A DNA stretch of 64,000 nt from an uncultured bacterium (GTDB lineage: Bacteria > Fidelibacterota > Marinisomatia > Marinisomatales > JAHJCW01), in the NCBI GenBank assembly GCA_964634215.1, contig CAZWKR010000009.1, positions 10,764-74,763 on the forward strand, given 5' to 3'. The translations under genes and the position numbers were made by a program. Below, in pieces: positions 1-9,261 of the stretch (its first letter is position 1; each line of letters opens with the position of its first letter). A model generated the notes under the pieces. That model was given only the letters and a program-made list of their open reading frames with translations, made no database searches and was not told the origin of the DNA.

Positions 1-629
1 ACAATAAAGTAACTAAAGTAGCTGATTTAGGTAGCACGCAAATGCTTAAGACTCCGCAATATTATATGATTTTATTAACATTTGCATTTGGTGCAAGTGC
101 AGGTTTAATGAGCATCGGTCTAATGAAATTATTTCCTATGCAAGCATTAACGGCATCAGGATTATCGCCAGCTGCTGCATCAGGTATCGCTGGCACTGCG
201 ATGGCAGTATTTTTCTCACTAGCTAATGGTTTTGGACGTATCGCATGGGGTGCAATAAGTGATAAACTCGGAAGACGTAATTCTATTATGATAATGATGG
301 CCACACAAGGTATTGCAGTAATTTTATTCCAATGGATGGCAGGTACACCTGCATTACTCTACCTTGGTGCAACTTTAATAGGATTTAACTTTGGTGGAAA
401 TTTTGCACTTTTCCCAACAATTACTGCAGATACTTTTGGAGCTAAATTTATTGGTCAAAATTATGGCTGGGTATTTTTAGCATATGGAATAGGTGGAATT
501 TTTGGACCGATTCTAGGTGGGAAGCTTGGCGACTTAGGTAATTTCCCGCTTGCCTTTACAATTTGTGGTATCCTTTGTTTGGTGGCAGCAGGTATAATCT
601 CTATGGTAAAACCACCTCAAACAGCATAA
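1..629 (+). CDS. MFS transporter, oxalate/formate-antiporter-like, C-terminal part (5' end outside window)
   Basis: The frame of ORF 42..629 stays open back to nt 3, so the gene starts upstream of the window. The sequence is hydrophobic, Gly/Ala-rich and multi-TM, with the loop motif GRIAWGAISDKLGRR typical of the second half of MFS proteins. Confidence 0.7.
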   Translation, partial: NKVTKVADLGSTQMLKTPQYYMILLTFAFGASAGLMSIGLMKLFPMQALTASGLSPAAASGIAGTAMAVFFSLANGFGRIAWGAISDKLGRRNSIMIMMATQGIAVILFQWMAGTPALLYLGATLIGFNFGGNFALFPTITADTFGAKFIGQNYGWVFLAYGIGGIFGPILGGKLGDLGNFPLAFTICGILCLVAAGIISMVKPPQTA

Positions 630-650
630 TTCATATTACTGATTAAATAT

Positions 651-682
651 AAAAAACTCCCCTTAACAAAGGGGAGTTTTTT
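651..682. terminator. Bidirectional rho-independent terminator between convergent genes
   Basis: Perfect hairpin aaaaaactcccc-ttaacaaa-ggggagtttttt, with an A-run on one side and a T-run on the other. It lies between the stop at 629 (+) and the stop at 695 (-). Confidence 0.8.
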
Positions 683-694
683 ATAATCAAAAGT

Positions 695-2053
695 TTAAAA
701 ATCAAATTCCAATCCTAAAGATAAATGTGAAAAATCTTCCATTTGAGTAAAACTATTTTCAGGATCATTTTCATCTCCAATAAAATGACTAACTCCTAAC
801 TCTAATTCCCAATTCTCAATTGGTGAATAACTTACATTCATTCCAAGCATATAACCGATTTCTTCAAGATTTATCAAACTCATTGCTTCAATGCATACTT
901 GGTCATCTAATAAATTAGTGGAGCCATTTACTATTAATGCTTTCTCAGCGATCATCGCAAATGGGGTTCCCATTCCTGGTACGAAGTTATTTTTTGTTAG
1001 GTCGACAAATCCCATTCCTGTAAAAGTTAAACCATCTGCTGAAATAATACTTGTACCTAGAAATTGAATACCAATATTAATATCAGAAAAACCTGAATAT
1101 TCGAATTGTAATACATACTGAATGTACTCTGCTGATATTTTTGGGTTTTGATACAATAAATACAACATTGCCAATTCTTGAGCTGTTCGGCTATCAAAGA
1201 ATAACTGCATGTCGGCAGGTGTATAATTTGGATCAAAATCAATCCGACTATCCTTGATTTTATTGTATTCATCATTATTAGTTTTAAAATACCCTACTTC
1301 GGATCTAATAGTAAAATCTTTGATAAACGTAACAATATCAGCACCGATCATTTCAGTTTTGCGATAGCCAAATACCGGTACTATAAAATTACCATCCGTT
1401 AAAATATCGGTCATTCTTAACCAACTAAATGCTTTGTCATGTCCGTCGAAATATGAAATTGATGCATCACCCCAATTAAATGCTGATTGCAAACGAATTC
1501 CATATTCATATTCATCAGCGACTATTTTTGCAAATCTATCAAATTCAGGAAATTGAATAGGAAAATCTTCTTCTCCGAATGGTAATCTATTTGCGGTATG
1601 CTCAGGCACAACAATCACCTCAGCATTTAAATTATTCCAATATGCTTTTAGTGACCCCGATAGAACACCAATTTTTCTATCTGCGCCTGCTAAGAACATA
1701 TAATAAAAATCATACGGATTAATATTATCGGTTGGATTGTTGCCGTCCGCAGCACCCCAGGTGTGGATCATTTTCCCAAGCTTAACTTCCCCAAATGATG
1801 GATACCATGTTAAATATGCTTCTCTCAAATCTAAAGTAGCTTCAGTATCTTTCCAGCGTGTTTCCACTGCGGTATTCGTCTTCAGTTCAAAGTCACCGTA
1901 TGAGTAACTTAATTGTAAATCAGCTAACCGGAACGGTAAAGAAATTTCCGAACCATCAGAGATCCGCAAAAGGTATGTCGGCGATACCGAACCGGAATAA
2001 TTGATTTGAGCAAATAGGATTATTGGTAAAATAAGTAAACTCAAATATTTCAT
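695..2053 (-). CDS. Outer-membrane beta-barrel protein (alginate-export/DUF1302-like), last gene of the MMPL operon
   Basis: Signal peptide MKYLSLLILPIILFAQ. Alternating hydrophobic strands. C-terminus ...LGLEFDF ends in Phe, as in OMP barrels. The segment LREAYLTW..GEVKLGKMIHTWG resembles the conserved motif of alginate-export/DUF1302 barrels (from memory, not searched). Confidence 0.6.
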   Translation of the reverse strand: MKYLSLLILPIILFAQINYSGSVSPTYLLRISDGSEISLPFRLADLQLSYSYGDFELKTNTAVETRWKDTEATLDLREAYLTWYPSFGEVKLGKMIHTWGAADGNNPTDNINPYDFYYMFLAGADRKIGVLSGSLKAYWNNLNAEVIVVPEHTANRLPFGEEDFPIQFPEFDRFAKIVADEYEYGIRLQSAFNWGDASISYFDGHDKAFSWLRMTDILTDGNFIVPVFGYRKTEMIGADIVTFIKDFTIRSEVGYFKTNNDEYNKIKDSRIDFDPNYTPADMQLFFDSRTAQELAMLYLLYQNPKISAEYIQYVLQFEYSGFSDINIGIQFLGTSIISADGLTFTGMGFVDLTKNNFVPGMGTPFAMIAEKALIVNGSTNLLDDQVCIEAMSLINLEEIGYMLGMNVSYSPIENWELELGVSHFIGDENDPENSFTQMEDFSHLSLGLEFDF

Positions 2054-2055
2054 TT

Positions 2056-2370
2056 CTATGCCTTAATCATCACTAACATCATTTTGAATTTTTCAATCGC
2101 TTTTAAGGCATGCGGAACATTAGCGGGCATAATAATCATTTCTCCTTCGGAAACAACATTTGATTTGCCGTTAATTATAACATCGGCTTTACCATCTAAT
2201 ACTTGAACTAGTGCATCAAATGATGCAGTATGCTCACTCAGTCCCTGTTCTTTGTCAAAGGCAAAAACTGTTATTGTCCCTTTCTCTTTTTTGATTATTG
2301 TCTTACTGACTACAGCATCTTTTTGGTATTCTATTAAATTTGCAATTTGATTTGATTTATTTAGATTCAT
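2056..2370 (-). CDS. Cupin-domain protein (about 104 aa)
   Basis: Small beta-rich protein with the cupin-like motifs GLSEHTASFDALVQVLDG and MIIMPANVPHAL. I prefer the internal Met (MNLNKS..., 2370) because the longer ORF (to 2430) would overlap the upstream gene that ends at 2378. Confidence 0.6.
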   Translation of the reverse strand: MNLNKSNQIANLIEYQKDAVVSKTIIKKEKGTITVFAFDKEQGLSEHTASFDALVQVLDGKADVIINGKSNVVSEGEMIIMPANVPHALKAIEKFKMMLVMIKA

Positions 2371-2377
2371 TGTAGTT

Positions 2378-3127
2378 TTACCTCGGTAACCGTTTGAGAT
2401 TTTTTTCTTGAAATAGATCATCTTTAACATTGGTATCTAATTCAAGATTGTCAAAAGTTAGTGTAGTACTGTGGTTCTTTTGAATATTCTTAACATATAT
2501 TTCAACAGGGACATTATAACCTTTTAATTTGACAAAATTTATTGTTTTAGTTTTCAATAATCGTTCTGCATTGTCATAAGATTCTTCCTTCTTGATCAAG
2601 AAATCATTTTTTGTTACCCATGATAAATGTTTAGAATATTCTGAATCCAATTCCGGCTTCGGTATTGATTCCAATAAATAATATTCTACATTATCAAGTG
2701 TTTCACTTCCGACTAGACTATATGTATAATCATCCAGTTCTCTTGACGTCATATCTTCATAGCTCATATCAGAACCCATGAATGAGTCTGATTTTTGATT
2801 TGAGGATATTCTCCTAACTTTATTAAAAGCCGGTAACCACAAACGCATTTCATCGTCTTTCCCATCATGCTCAATTTTTAAGAAAGCAACACCCTTATCA
2901 TCTGCCGGAGCTAGAAACCAAATAATTTGTTTTTTTGAATCATCTTTAGTGATCGAACTAATTGTTGAATTACGCGATTTACCTTTTTTGTTAGTTAAAA
3001 CCATTGTAAGGTTGGCTTTCATGTCATCCGGCTTTTCTTTTTCATCAACAAATCTTGCAATCTCTAAACCGGTTTGTGAAAATACAAAACTGGTAATTAA
3101 AACGATTATATTAAAATATTTTTTCAT
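2378..3127 (-). CDS. LolA-like outer membrane lipoprotein-sorting family protein (periplasmic carrier), copy 1
   Basis: Signal peptide MKKYFNIIVLITSFVFSQ. It has the motif SDSFMGSDMSYEDM, shared with the paralog at 6127..6897 (TSRFMNTEFSYEDL) and typical of the LolA_like (PF17131-type) family. It sits immediately downstream of an MMPL exporter. Confidence 0.65.
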   Translation of the reverse strand: MKKYFNIIVLITSFVFSQTGLEIARFVDEKEKPDDMKANLTMVLTNKKGKSRNSTISSITKDDSKKQIIWFLAPADDKGVAFLKIEHDGKDDEMRLWLPAFNKVRRISSNQKSDSFMGSDMSYEDMTSRELDDYTYSLVGSETLDNVEYYLLESIPKPELDSEYSKHLSWVTKNDFLIKKEESYDNAERLLKTKTINFVKLKGYNVPVEIYVKNIQKNHSTTLTFDNLELDTNVKDDLFQEKNLKRLPR

Positions 3128-3130
3128 TAT

Positions 3131-5437
3131 CTAATTCTCCAAATAATTGTTATTCATAAGTTTGTTCTTCAATAATTCTATTAAAGAGGCCATTAAAGTA
3201 AGTGTGCCCACTGAAGTGGCGAACATGGCAAGAACCATCAGTCCTCCAATCTGTTGAATTGGAATAAAGGCTGAAAACATTAATGCCCCGAAAGCCATAT
3301 TTGATCCTGCATCCAAAAGTATCGGATATCCGACGTCATCAATAACTTCATTGGTTATTTTATCATTATCCTTTGATCTAGTAGAAATACGTTTGAATTG
3401 TGAGATATAGTGGATCGCAAAATCCACCCCAACCCCAATGATTACCGAAGATAGTATTGCTGTAACATGACTAAAATCGATACCGATTAAACCCATCAGA
3501 CCAAAGTTCAATATTACTGCTGAAATTAATGGAGCAACTGCCATTATTCCCCATAATGCCCGTTTAAAAAATATGCCTGCAATAAGACCAATTAACAAAA
3601 TAGATGCAAATATACTAATAAATGAAGAATGAACAATTAAATCAGTCATATCACGAAAAACAACTAAAATTCCTGTACTTGTAATTGATACTTTGTCACT
3701 TATATTTTCCTCAACAAATTGATCAATTTCATCAACAAATCTTGCAATCTCTTGTGTTGAGACATTGCGCATTAACGCTGTTACCAGACCTGTTTCGTAT
3801 TCATAGTCAACAAGTGATTCAAAATCATCCGGATCACCAGACATTGAGTAAAGTGTAAATAAATTATTTATTTTTTCTCGTGTATCTGGTGTTATATCAT
3901 AGACAGGATCGCCATCCATAACAGTTTTATGCATCAATTTGATGATATCGGCAATAGAAATTGATGTAGCTACATCAGGATGCTTATGTAGAAATTCTTG
4001 TATCATTTCCATATCCAACAATACCTCAGGAGATTTGATATCACCTTCAATTCTAAATTCCATATCCATTGTACCCGTCATTTCATCGTCCAAAAATTCC
4101 AGACTATTGCGTATATCGGTGCCTTTCTTAAAAAAAGTCATAATATTTACTTCAATGTTGAGCAATGTAGTACCGTATGCGGCTATACCAACAATTATGA
4201 TTCCGGTTGATAAAATGATTTTGGGGTATCTCATCACATTCCCACCAATTTTATCGATAATTCTTTCAAATAATCCGGCTGCACTCATAGCTTTTGAATC
4301 AAGATTCCATTTTTTCAAAGAAATCATTGCCGGTAAAAACATTGAGGACAATATCCACGCCCAAGCAATGCCGACAGATACACCAACTCCGTATCCTATC
4401 AATTGTTGTAAAGGTGCAAACACCATCGCCATAAAGGCAGAAATTGTTGTGATACTTGTTAAAAATATTGGCAATAAAAGTGAGTCCATAGTAATTGTTA
4501 ACGCCTTGCGAACATCTTTAACTAATCTCATCTTTTTAAAATATTTTGTTAATACATGAACGCCGTCAGAGTTGGCAATGGTTAATAGAACAATCGGCAT
4601 TGATGTATTCAACAATGAAAATATGAATTTATCAGATCCTGTTAATCTATAAATCCAACCCAAAAATCCCATCATCGCAATAAGCGATAAGAAAATTACT
4701 GCCATGTTCATTAATACCGCCGGCACACTACGGAGGCTAAACAGTAAGATTAATACCATTATAACTAATCCAACACGCATTAAGAAGTTTATATCACCAC
4801 GGATCATTGCTGGCATAGCACCCATCAAATAAACTTGTCCACCATAGTGTTTTTCATAATCAACCAAAATTTTATCAGCAACTTCAACAACATTATTGCT
4901 AAAATCATCCATATCAATACCTGAAACAGGACGAATAATTATATTTAAATAATCACCGTTTTTACTAACTAGGCGGTCAGAGATATCCTTATTCTCCTCC
5001 AGATAACTCTTAATAGAAATAATCTCATCATCACTCAAATCTCTAGCAGGTTGTAAAGCACCTACTTCCAAAAAACCATCTTCACTATCCATTCGATTAC
5101 TAGTTGTAATCGTCATGATTTCATTTACTTCCGGTATTTTTTCCAGTGCATCACTAATATCCCATAACGTTTTTAATATTTCTGTGTTATACACTGATAC
5201 ACCACGGGTTCCAAATGCAATAAACATCATATCTGTAGCACCGAACTCATCCTTAATCGTTTCCCATGTTTTTACTGACTCAATATCTTTTGGTAATATT
5301 TTCATCATATCATCTTCGATAACTAGCCATTGTAATCCATAGGCAAAAAGCAAAGTCATTAATATACTGATTATAATTGTTCTTTTAGGATGATCCAAAG
5401 ACTGGGTAATTGCCCAATTTTTAATTTTTGCTGTCAT
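3131..5437 (-). CDS. MMPL/RND-superfamily exporter (COG1033-type, HpnN-like), copy 1
   Basis: 768 aa. Two hydrophobic multi-TM blocks each follow a large soluble loop, the duplicated architecture of RND/MMPL proteins. The start overlaps the tetR stop by 4 nt. Confidence 0.8.
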   Translation of the reverse strand: MTAKIKNWAITQSLDHPKRTIIISILMTLLFAYGLQWLVIEDDMMKILPKDIESVKTWETIKDEFGATDMMFIAFGTRGVSVYNTEILKTLWDISDALEKIPEVNEIMTITTSNRMDSEDGFLEVGALQPARDLSDDEIISIKSYLEENKDISDRLVSKNGDYLNIIIRPVSGIDMDDFSNNVVEVADKILVDYEKHYGGQVYLMGAMPAMIRGDINFLMRVGLVIMVLILLFSLRSVPAVLMNMAVIFLSLIAMMGFLGWIYRLTGSDKFIFSLLNTSMPIVLLTIANSDGVHVLTKYFKKMRLVKDVRKALTITMDSLLLPIFLTSITTISAFMAMVFAPLQQLIGYGVGVSVGIAWAWILSSMFLPAMISLKKWNLDSKAMSAAGLFERIIDKIGGNVMRYPKIILSTGIIIVGIAAYGTTLLNIEVNIMTFFKKGTDIRNSLEFLDDEMTGTMDMEFRIEGDIKSPEVLLDMEMIQEFLHKHPDVATSISIADIIKLMHKTVMDGDPVYDITPDTREKINNLFTLYSMSGDPDDFESLVDYEYETGLVTALMRNVSTQEIARFVDEIDQFVEENISDKVSITSTGILVVFRDMTDLIVHSSFISIFASILLIGLIAGIFFKRALWGIMAVAPLISAVILNFGLMGLIGIDFSHVTAILSSVIIGVGVDFAIHYISQFKRISTRSKDNDKITNEVIDDVGYPILLDAGSNMAFGALMFSAFIPIQQIGGLMVLAMFATSVGTLTLMASLIELLKNKLMNNNYLEN

Positions 5438-6051
5438 TTTGTTCCTTTATTATGTTGCTTCATTGCCAATATACCCTTTTCAGTAAACATTCCTTCAGTT
5501 ATGAGCTTAATAAACAATTTGACAGTATCAACAGGTGCCAAATTATTTGTAAAGAAAAATTCCGGTTGAAATGTTGAATTCACAATATTCATATATACTG
5601 TTGCCACAATATCCATATCAATATCTTTTCTAGCAAATCCTTTCTCTTGGGCTTCAGTAAATATTATCGCGAAATCACGTGTCAATCCTTGTCGAAATAT
5701 TTCAAATTTATTCCATATAACCGGATGACGATTTTGTACTTCAACTAATTTATCCATTGACATTCGACTGACTTTATTCATTATAAAATCCATTATCTTA
5801 GTATATTTTTCTACTGGATCAGCATCGGATTCAATAATTCGTTTTATTTTTCGCTTAATCATTCCAGTAAAATAATCGAATATTTTTTCAATTAGAATTT
5901 CTTTAGAAGGGAAATATTTATAAATAGTTTTTTTACTCATACCAAGATGAGCTGCCAAGGATTCTACTGTAAAATACCTTACACCATTTTGAGTTATTGT
6001 CTCAAACCCCTGTTCTAATATCTGTTCTTTTGATTGTTTATCTTTATCCAC
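5434..6051 (-). CDS. TetR/AcrR-family transcriptional regulator
   Basis: N-terminal HTH FTVESLAAHLGMSKKTIYKYFPSKEILI is the TetR signature. The start codon appears to be GTG (revcomp of cac 6049..6051). It overlaps the downstream MMPL gene by 4 nt. Confidence 0.85.
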   Translation of the reverse strand: MDKDKQSKEQILEQGFETITQNGVRYFTVESLAAHLGMSKKTIYKYFPSKEILIEKIFDYFTGMIKRKIKRIIESDADPVEKYTKIMDFIMNKVSRMSMDKLVEVQNRHPVIWNKFEIFRQGLTRDFAIIFTEAQEKGFARKDIDMDIVATVYMNIVNSTFQPEFFFTNNLAPVDTVKLFIKLITEGMFTEKGILAMKQHNKGTK

Positions 6052-6081
6052 AGGAAACGTTTAGTGTTTATTTCGTTTCCT
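6052..6081. promoter_or_regulatory. Perfect 8-bp inverted repeat AGGAAACG-N14-CGTTTCCT abutting the tetR start codon (candidate operator or intercistronic hairpin)
   Basis: Read directly: aggaaacg at 6052..6059 and cgtttcct at 6074..6081. It lies in the 75-nt gap between the LolA-like copy 2 stop and the tetR start. Confidence 0.35.
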
Positions 6082-6126
6082 AATTTATAATAAATATATT
6101 GTGAAACACAAGAAAGATATTAATTG

Positions 6127-6897
6127 TTACGGTTTTACTAAAGATTCTTTTGTAAAATAATTGTCGGGGAGATCAATGTTATATTCTATATCAGAAACAT
6201 CCATAATAGTATGTGAGCCAGTTTGGATATTCTTCATTATTAATTTTGTAGAGAAATTGTAATTCTCAAAATTTTGATATTCACTTATAGTTAAAACCTT
6301 AAATAGCTTGTTACTTTTATCATAGAATTCTACTCTGCGCAGTAACCAATCACTGCTATCTATCCAAACTAAGCGGCGTTTATACTGTGTTTGAGTATGA
6401 CCAATTACTTCTACAATATAGCAATGAGTACTGTCAACATTCTCTTCAGCCTCTAAGAAATATTGCTCATCTGACTGATTAAAGCTTTCTAAATCTTCAT
6501 AGGAGAATTCAGTATTCATAAATCTTGAAGTTTTTTCTTTTGACTCAATTTGTTTTGCTGTTTTTAATTTTGGTAGGAATAGCCATTGCTCATTACCTCC
6601 TAATTGTTTTGACCAAATTAAAAACCCGGTTCCTTTAACAATATCAGGTTTTAAAAACCTCAGCAATGATTTACTCTTATAATTACTATCGTTATATCTT
6701 TTGTGATACCTGATCATTTCTCGGATTTTCACTTTTTCTTTACCACGTTTTATATCCATTTGTGTCAATTTTATATTCATCTTTGTAGTTAGCACTTTTT
6801 TAGATGATTCCATATTGACAATGACATCACGACCGGTTAAATCACTAGCAGATAATGAAATCAATAAACTAAATAGTAATAATAATAATTTTTTCAT
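6127..6897 (-). CDS. LolA-like outer membrane lipoprotein-sorting family protein, copy 2
   Basis: Signal peptide MKKLLLLLFSLLISLSAS. It has the FMNTEFSYEDL motif and the same length class as copy 1. It overlaps the upstream MMPL gene by 4 nt. Confidence 0.65.
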   Translation of the reverse strand: MKKLLLLLFSLLISLSASDLTGRDVIVNMESSKKVLTTKMNIKLTQMDIKRGKEKVKIREMIRYHKRYNDSNYKSKSLLRFLKPDIVKGTGFLIWSKQLGGNEQWLFLPKLKTAKQIESKEKTSRFMNTEFSYEDLESFNQSDEQYFLEAEENVDSTHCYIVEVIGHTQTQYKRRLVWIDSSDWLLRRVEFYDKSNKLFKVLTISEYQNFENYNFSTKLIMKNIQTGSHTIMDVSDIEYNIDLPDNYFTKESLVKP

Positions 6898-9182
6898 TTA
6901 AATAAGAATTTTGGTTTTAATAGACTGATTATTGCCGGTAATAACGCTAAAGCACCTACCAAGCACATCCCAATAGATAATAAAATTAATATACCAAAGA
7001 AATTAACCGGAACAAAAACTGAAAACAATAATACAGAAAATCCGATAATAACTGACAAAGCGTTAAACACAATACCCTTCCCGGACAATCTCAATGTAGT
7101 GAAAATTGCTGTATTCAAATCCTGCCCCTCTTTGATATGCTCTTTTACATGCCACAAAAAGTGAACCGTATAATCGATACCAACACCAATCATAATACTG
7201 GATAGCATAGCAGTAGCAATGTCTAAGTCAATACCAGTATAACCCATAAATCCAAATACGATTATTATCGCAGATATAAGCGGAACAATCGAAATAATAC
7301 CACCGACTATCGATCTGAAAACAATTGCCATTATTGTAAACATAATGATCAATGAAATTATTAAGCTAACCATTTGCCCTTTTACAATTAATTGTGCCAA
7401 TGTTCCCAGCATTGCAGCTCCACCTGATAATTTCATTGATCCCATATTTGCAAAATTTGTCTGAATAAAATCTTGCGTTTCGTTAACAATAATAGATATC
7501 TGATTTGTATTAATTTCCTTTATACGAACTATTAACTGCGAGTTCTCAGGAAAATCTATATCATCAATTAACACTGATATACTGGATTGCGTATCAGTTA
7601 AACCGTAAAGAAATATATATTGAGCAATTAATTCTTCATCATCAGGTATCGCATAAAATGTTGAATCACCATTGTTAAATGCCATATGAATTGTTTTAAC
7701 AACATCTACTATTGACGCTGTTTGGCTTACCAATGGATATTTTTTAAAATGTTCAGTCAATAAATCAATATTATGCAGTACCTGTGGATCAAATGCATTT
7801 CCTTCAACCAATACAGATAATTGAGCTGTACCTCCAAAACCTTTTGATATTGCATCATTATGAATTCTTATTCTAGCATCTTTTTTATAATAATTATTAG
7901 GATTGGAATCAACGCTCACTAATTTTATCCCAAAGCCGGCGACTACCAATACGATCAGCGTACTAATAATGGCTGTGCGATTATATTTTATAAAAAACTT
8001 ACCCCAATGGTTTAGGCCAGTATTAATACGTCTAAAACTTAGAGGATTACTTAGGAGAGCTGGTCTCTTTGCAATATTAAGAATTGCTGGAATTAATAAT
8101 ACACTTATTATAAATGCAATAAAGATACCAAAAGCCACAAAAACACCAAGCTCACGGGCCTTCGGTAAAATATGACTTAACAAACCTAAAAACCCTAAAA
8201 CCGTAGTTAATCCGGCAAGAAATATGGGGAAGCTTACGCTCTCCAATGTTTTTTTAATTATTTGTACTCGCGATGCTTTTAAATCATCCTTAGAATAATC
8301 ATAATAATGTGAGATGATATGAATACCATAATTATTGGTGATCGCAATTAACATTACAGGAATCAAAATGCCTGTAAATGGCAGATTTAGTCCAAGATAG
8401 CCCATTAACCCCAAAGTCCAAATCGTTGAAATAACTACAACCATTAATGGTAACAGAACGCCTAACCAACTTCTAAAACTGAGAATCAAAAACAATATCA
8501 TTAATACTAAACCAACAGGGAGAAAAATCGACATATCACGGCGCATTTGATCTGTAACATTTGCACGCGTTAACGGCATTCCAGCGAAATAAATATTTTC
8601 AGATCCTTCAAATTGATTTACAAGATCCTCAATCGTTTTAATTAGTTTATGCTCGTCATAGTCAAATGATACTGTCAATTGGCAAATGAATGACATCATT
8701 CGAAAATCATCAGAAATAATGTTTCCAACTACCCTACTAGTTGTACTGAGATAATCCTTTAATGATTCAACTTGCGCATCAGTATTAGGGAATTGCTCTA
8801 TCAAGGGATTGATTTGGAAACCATCTACAGTACTAGAAATTTTTGATGACGAGTATAACGATACTACTTTATCAATAATATCGATATTTGCCAGAGAATC
8901 GGCAAATGCTTTATATTTTATTAATGTGTGATCATATAATAGACTATCGGATTCAACAGCCAAAACTAATATAGTCGTGCCTCCAAATAAATCATCAATT
9001 TCATCCATAGTTTGTAGGAATTCATGTTGTTTAGGTACCATCGACTTCAGCGATGGATCAAATTCAAGTCTTAATGCCCCTAAAAGAAAAAATACTGTCG
9101 TCGCAATAATTGCGATGACTAACGCCCACGGTTTATGCGAAATAATTTTGTATAAAATATTTGTAAATTGTTTTGAATCCAT
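6894..9182 (-). CDS. MMPL/RND-superfamily exporter (COG1033-type), copy 2
   Basis: 762 aa with the same 2 x (loop + TM bundle) architecture as 3131..5437. It is a diverged paralog. Confidence 0.8.
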   Translation of the reverse strand: MDSKQFTNILYKIISHKPWALVIAIIATTVFFLLGALRLEFDPSLKSMVPKQHEFLQTMDEIDDLFGGTTILVLAVESDSLLYDHTLIKYKAFADSLANIDIIDKVVSLYSSSKISSTVDGFQINPLIEQFPNTDAQVESLKDYLSTTSRVVGNIISDDFRMMSFICQLTVSFDYDEHKLIKTIEDLVNQFEGSENIYFAGMPLTRANVTDQMRRDMSIFLPVGLVLMILFLILSFRSWLGVLLPLMVVVISTIWTLGLMGYLGLNLPFTGILIPVMLIAITNNYGIHIISHYYDYSKDDLKASRVQIIKKTLESVSFPIFLAGLTTVLGFLGLLSHILPKARELGVFVAFGIFIAFIISVLLIPAILNIAKRPALLSNPLSFRRINTGLNHWGKFFIKYNRTAIISTLIVLVVAGFGIKLVSVDSNPNNYYKKDARIRIHNDAISKGFGGTAQLSVLVEGNAFDPQVLHNIDLLTEHFKKYPLVSQTASIVDVVKTIHMAFNNGDSTFYAIPDDEELIAQYIFLYGLTDTQSSISVLIDDIDFPENSQLIVRIKEINTNQISIIVNETQDFIQTNFANMGSMKLSGGAAMLGTLAQLIVKGQMVSLIISLIIMFTIMAIVFRSIVGGIISIVPLISAIIIVFGFMGYTGIDLDIATAMLSSIMIGVGIDYTVHFLWHVKEHIKEGQDLNTAIFTTLRLSGKGIVFNALSVIIGFSVLLFSVFVPVNFFGILILLSIGMCLVGALALLPAIISLLKPKFLFK

Positions 9183-9261
9183 AATAATCGGGCAGAAATA
9201 TACATTATTTTTTTATTTCAAACATACAGCCATTTAAATTGAAATTCATGTAAATTATTGT

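Noticed and set aside
3939-4559. Long antisense ORFs in the six-frame track. Examples: 3939..4559 (206 aa), 19417..19896 (159 aa), 34596..34979 (127 aa), 50731..51120 (129 aa), 58760..59119 (119 aa), 60485..60829 (114 aa), and many 60-95 aa ones.
   Set aside because: Each lies fully inside a well-supported gene on the opposite strand. They have low-complexity or Ser/Ile/Leu-rich composition and show no recognisable motif. They are typical shadow ORFs of AT-rich genomes.
9183-9261. Possible TPP riboswitch upstream of the thiN operon.
   Set aside because: The 79-nt region is too short and has no CUGAGA / ACCUGA THI-box core.
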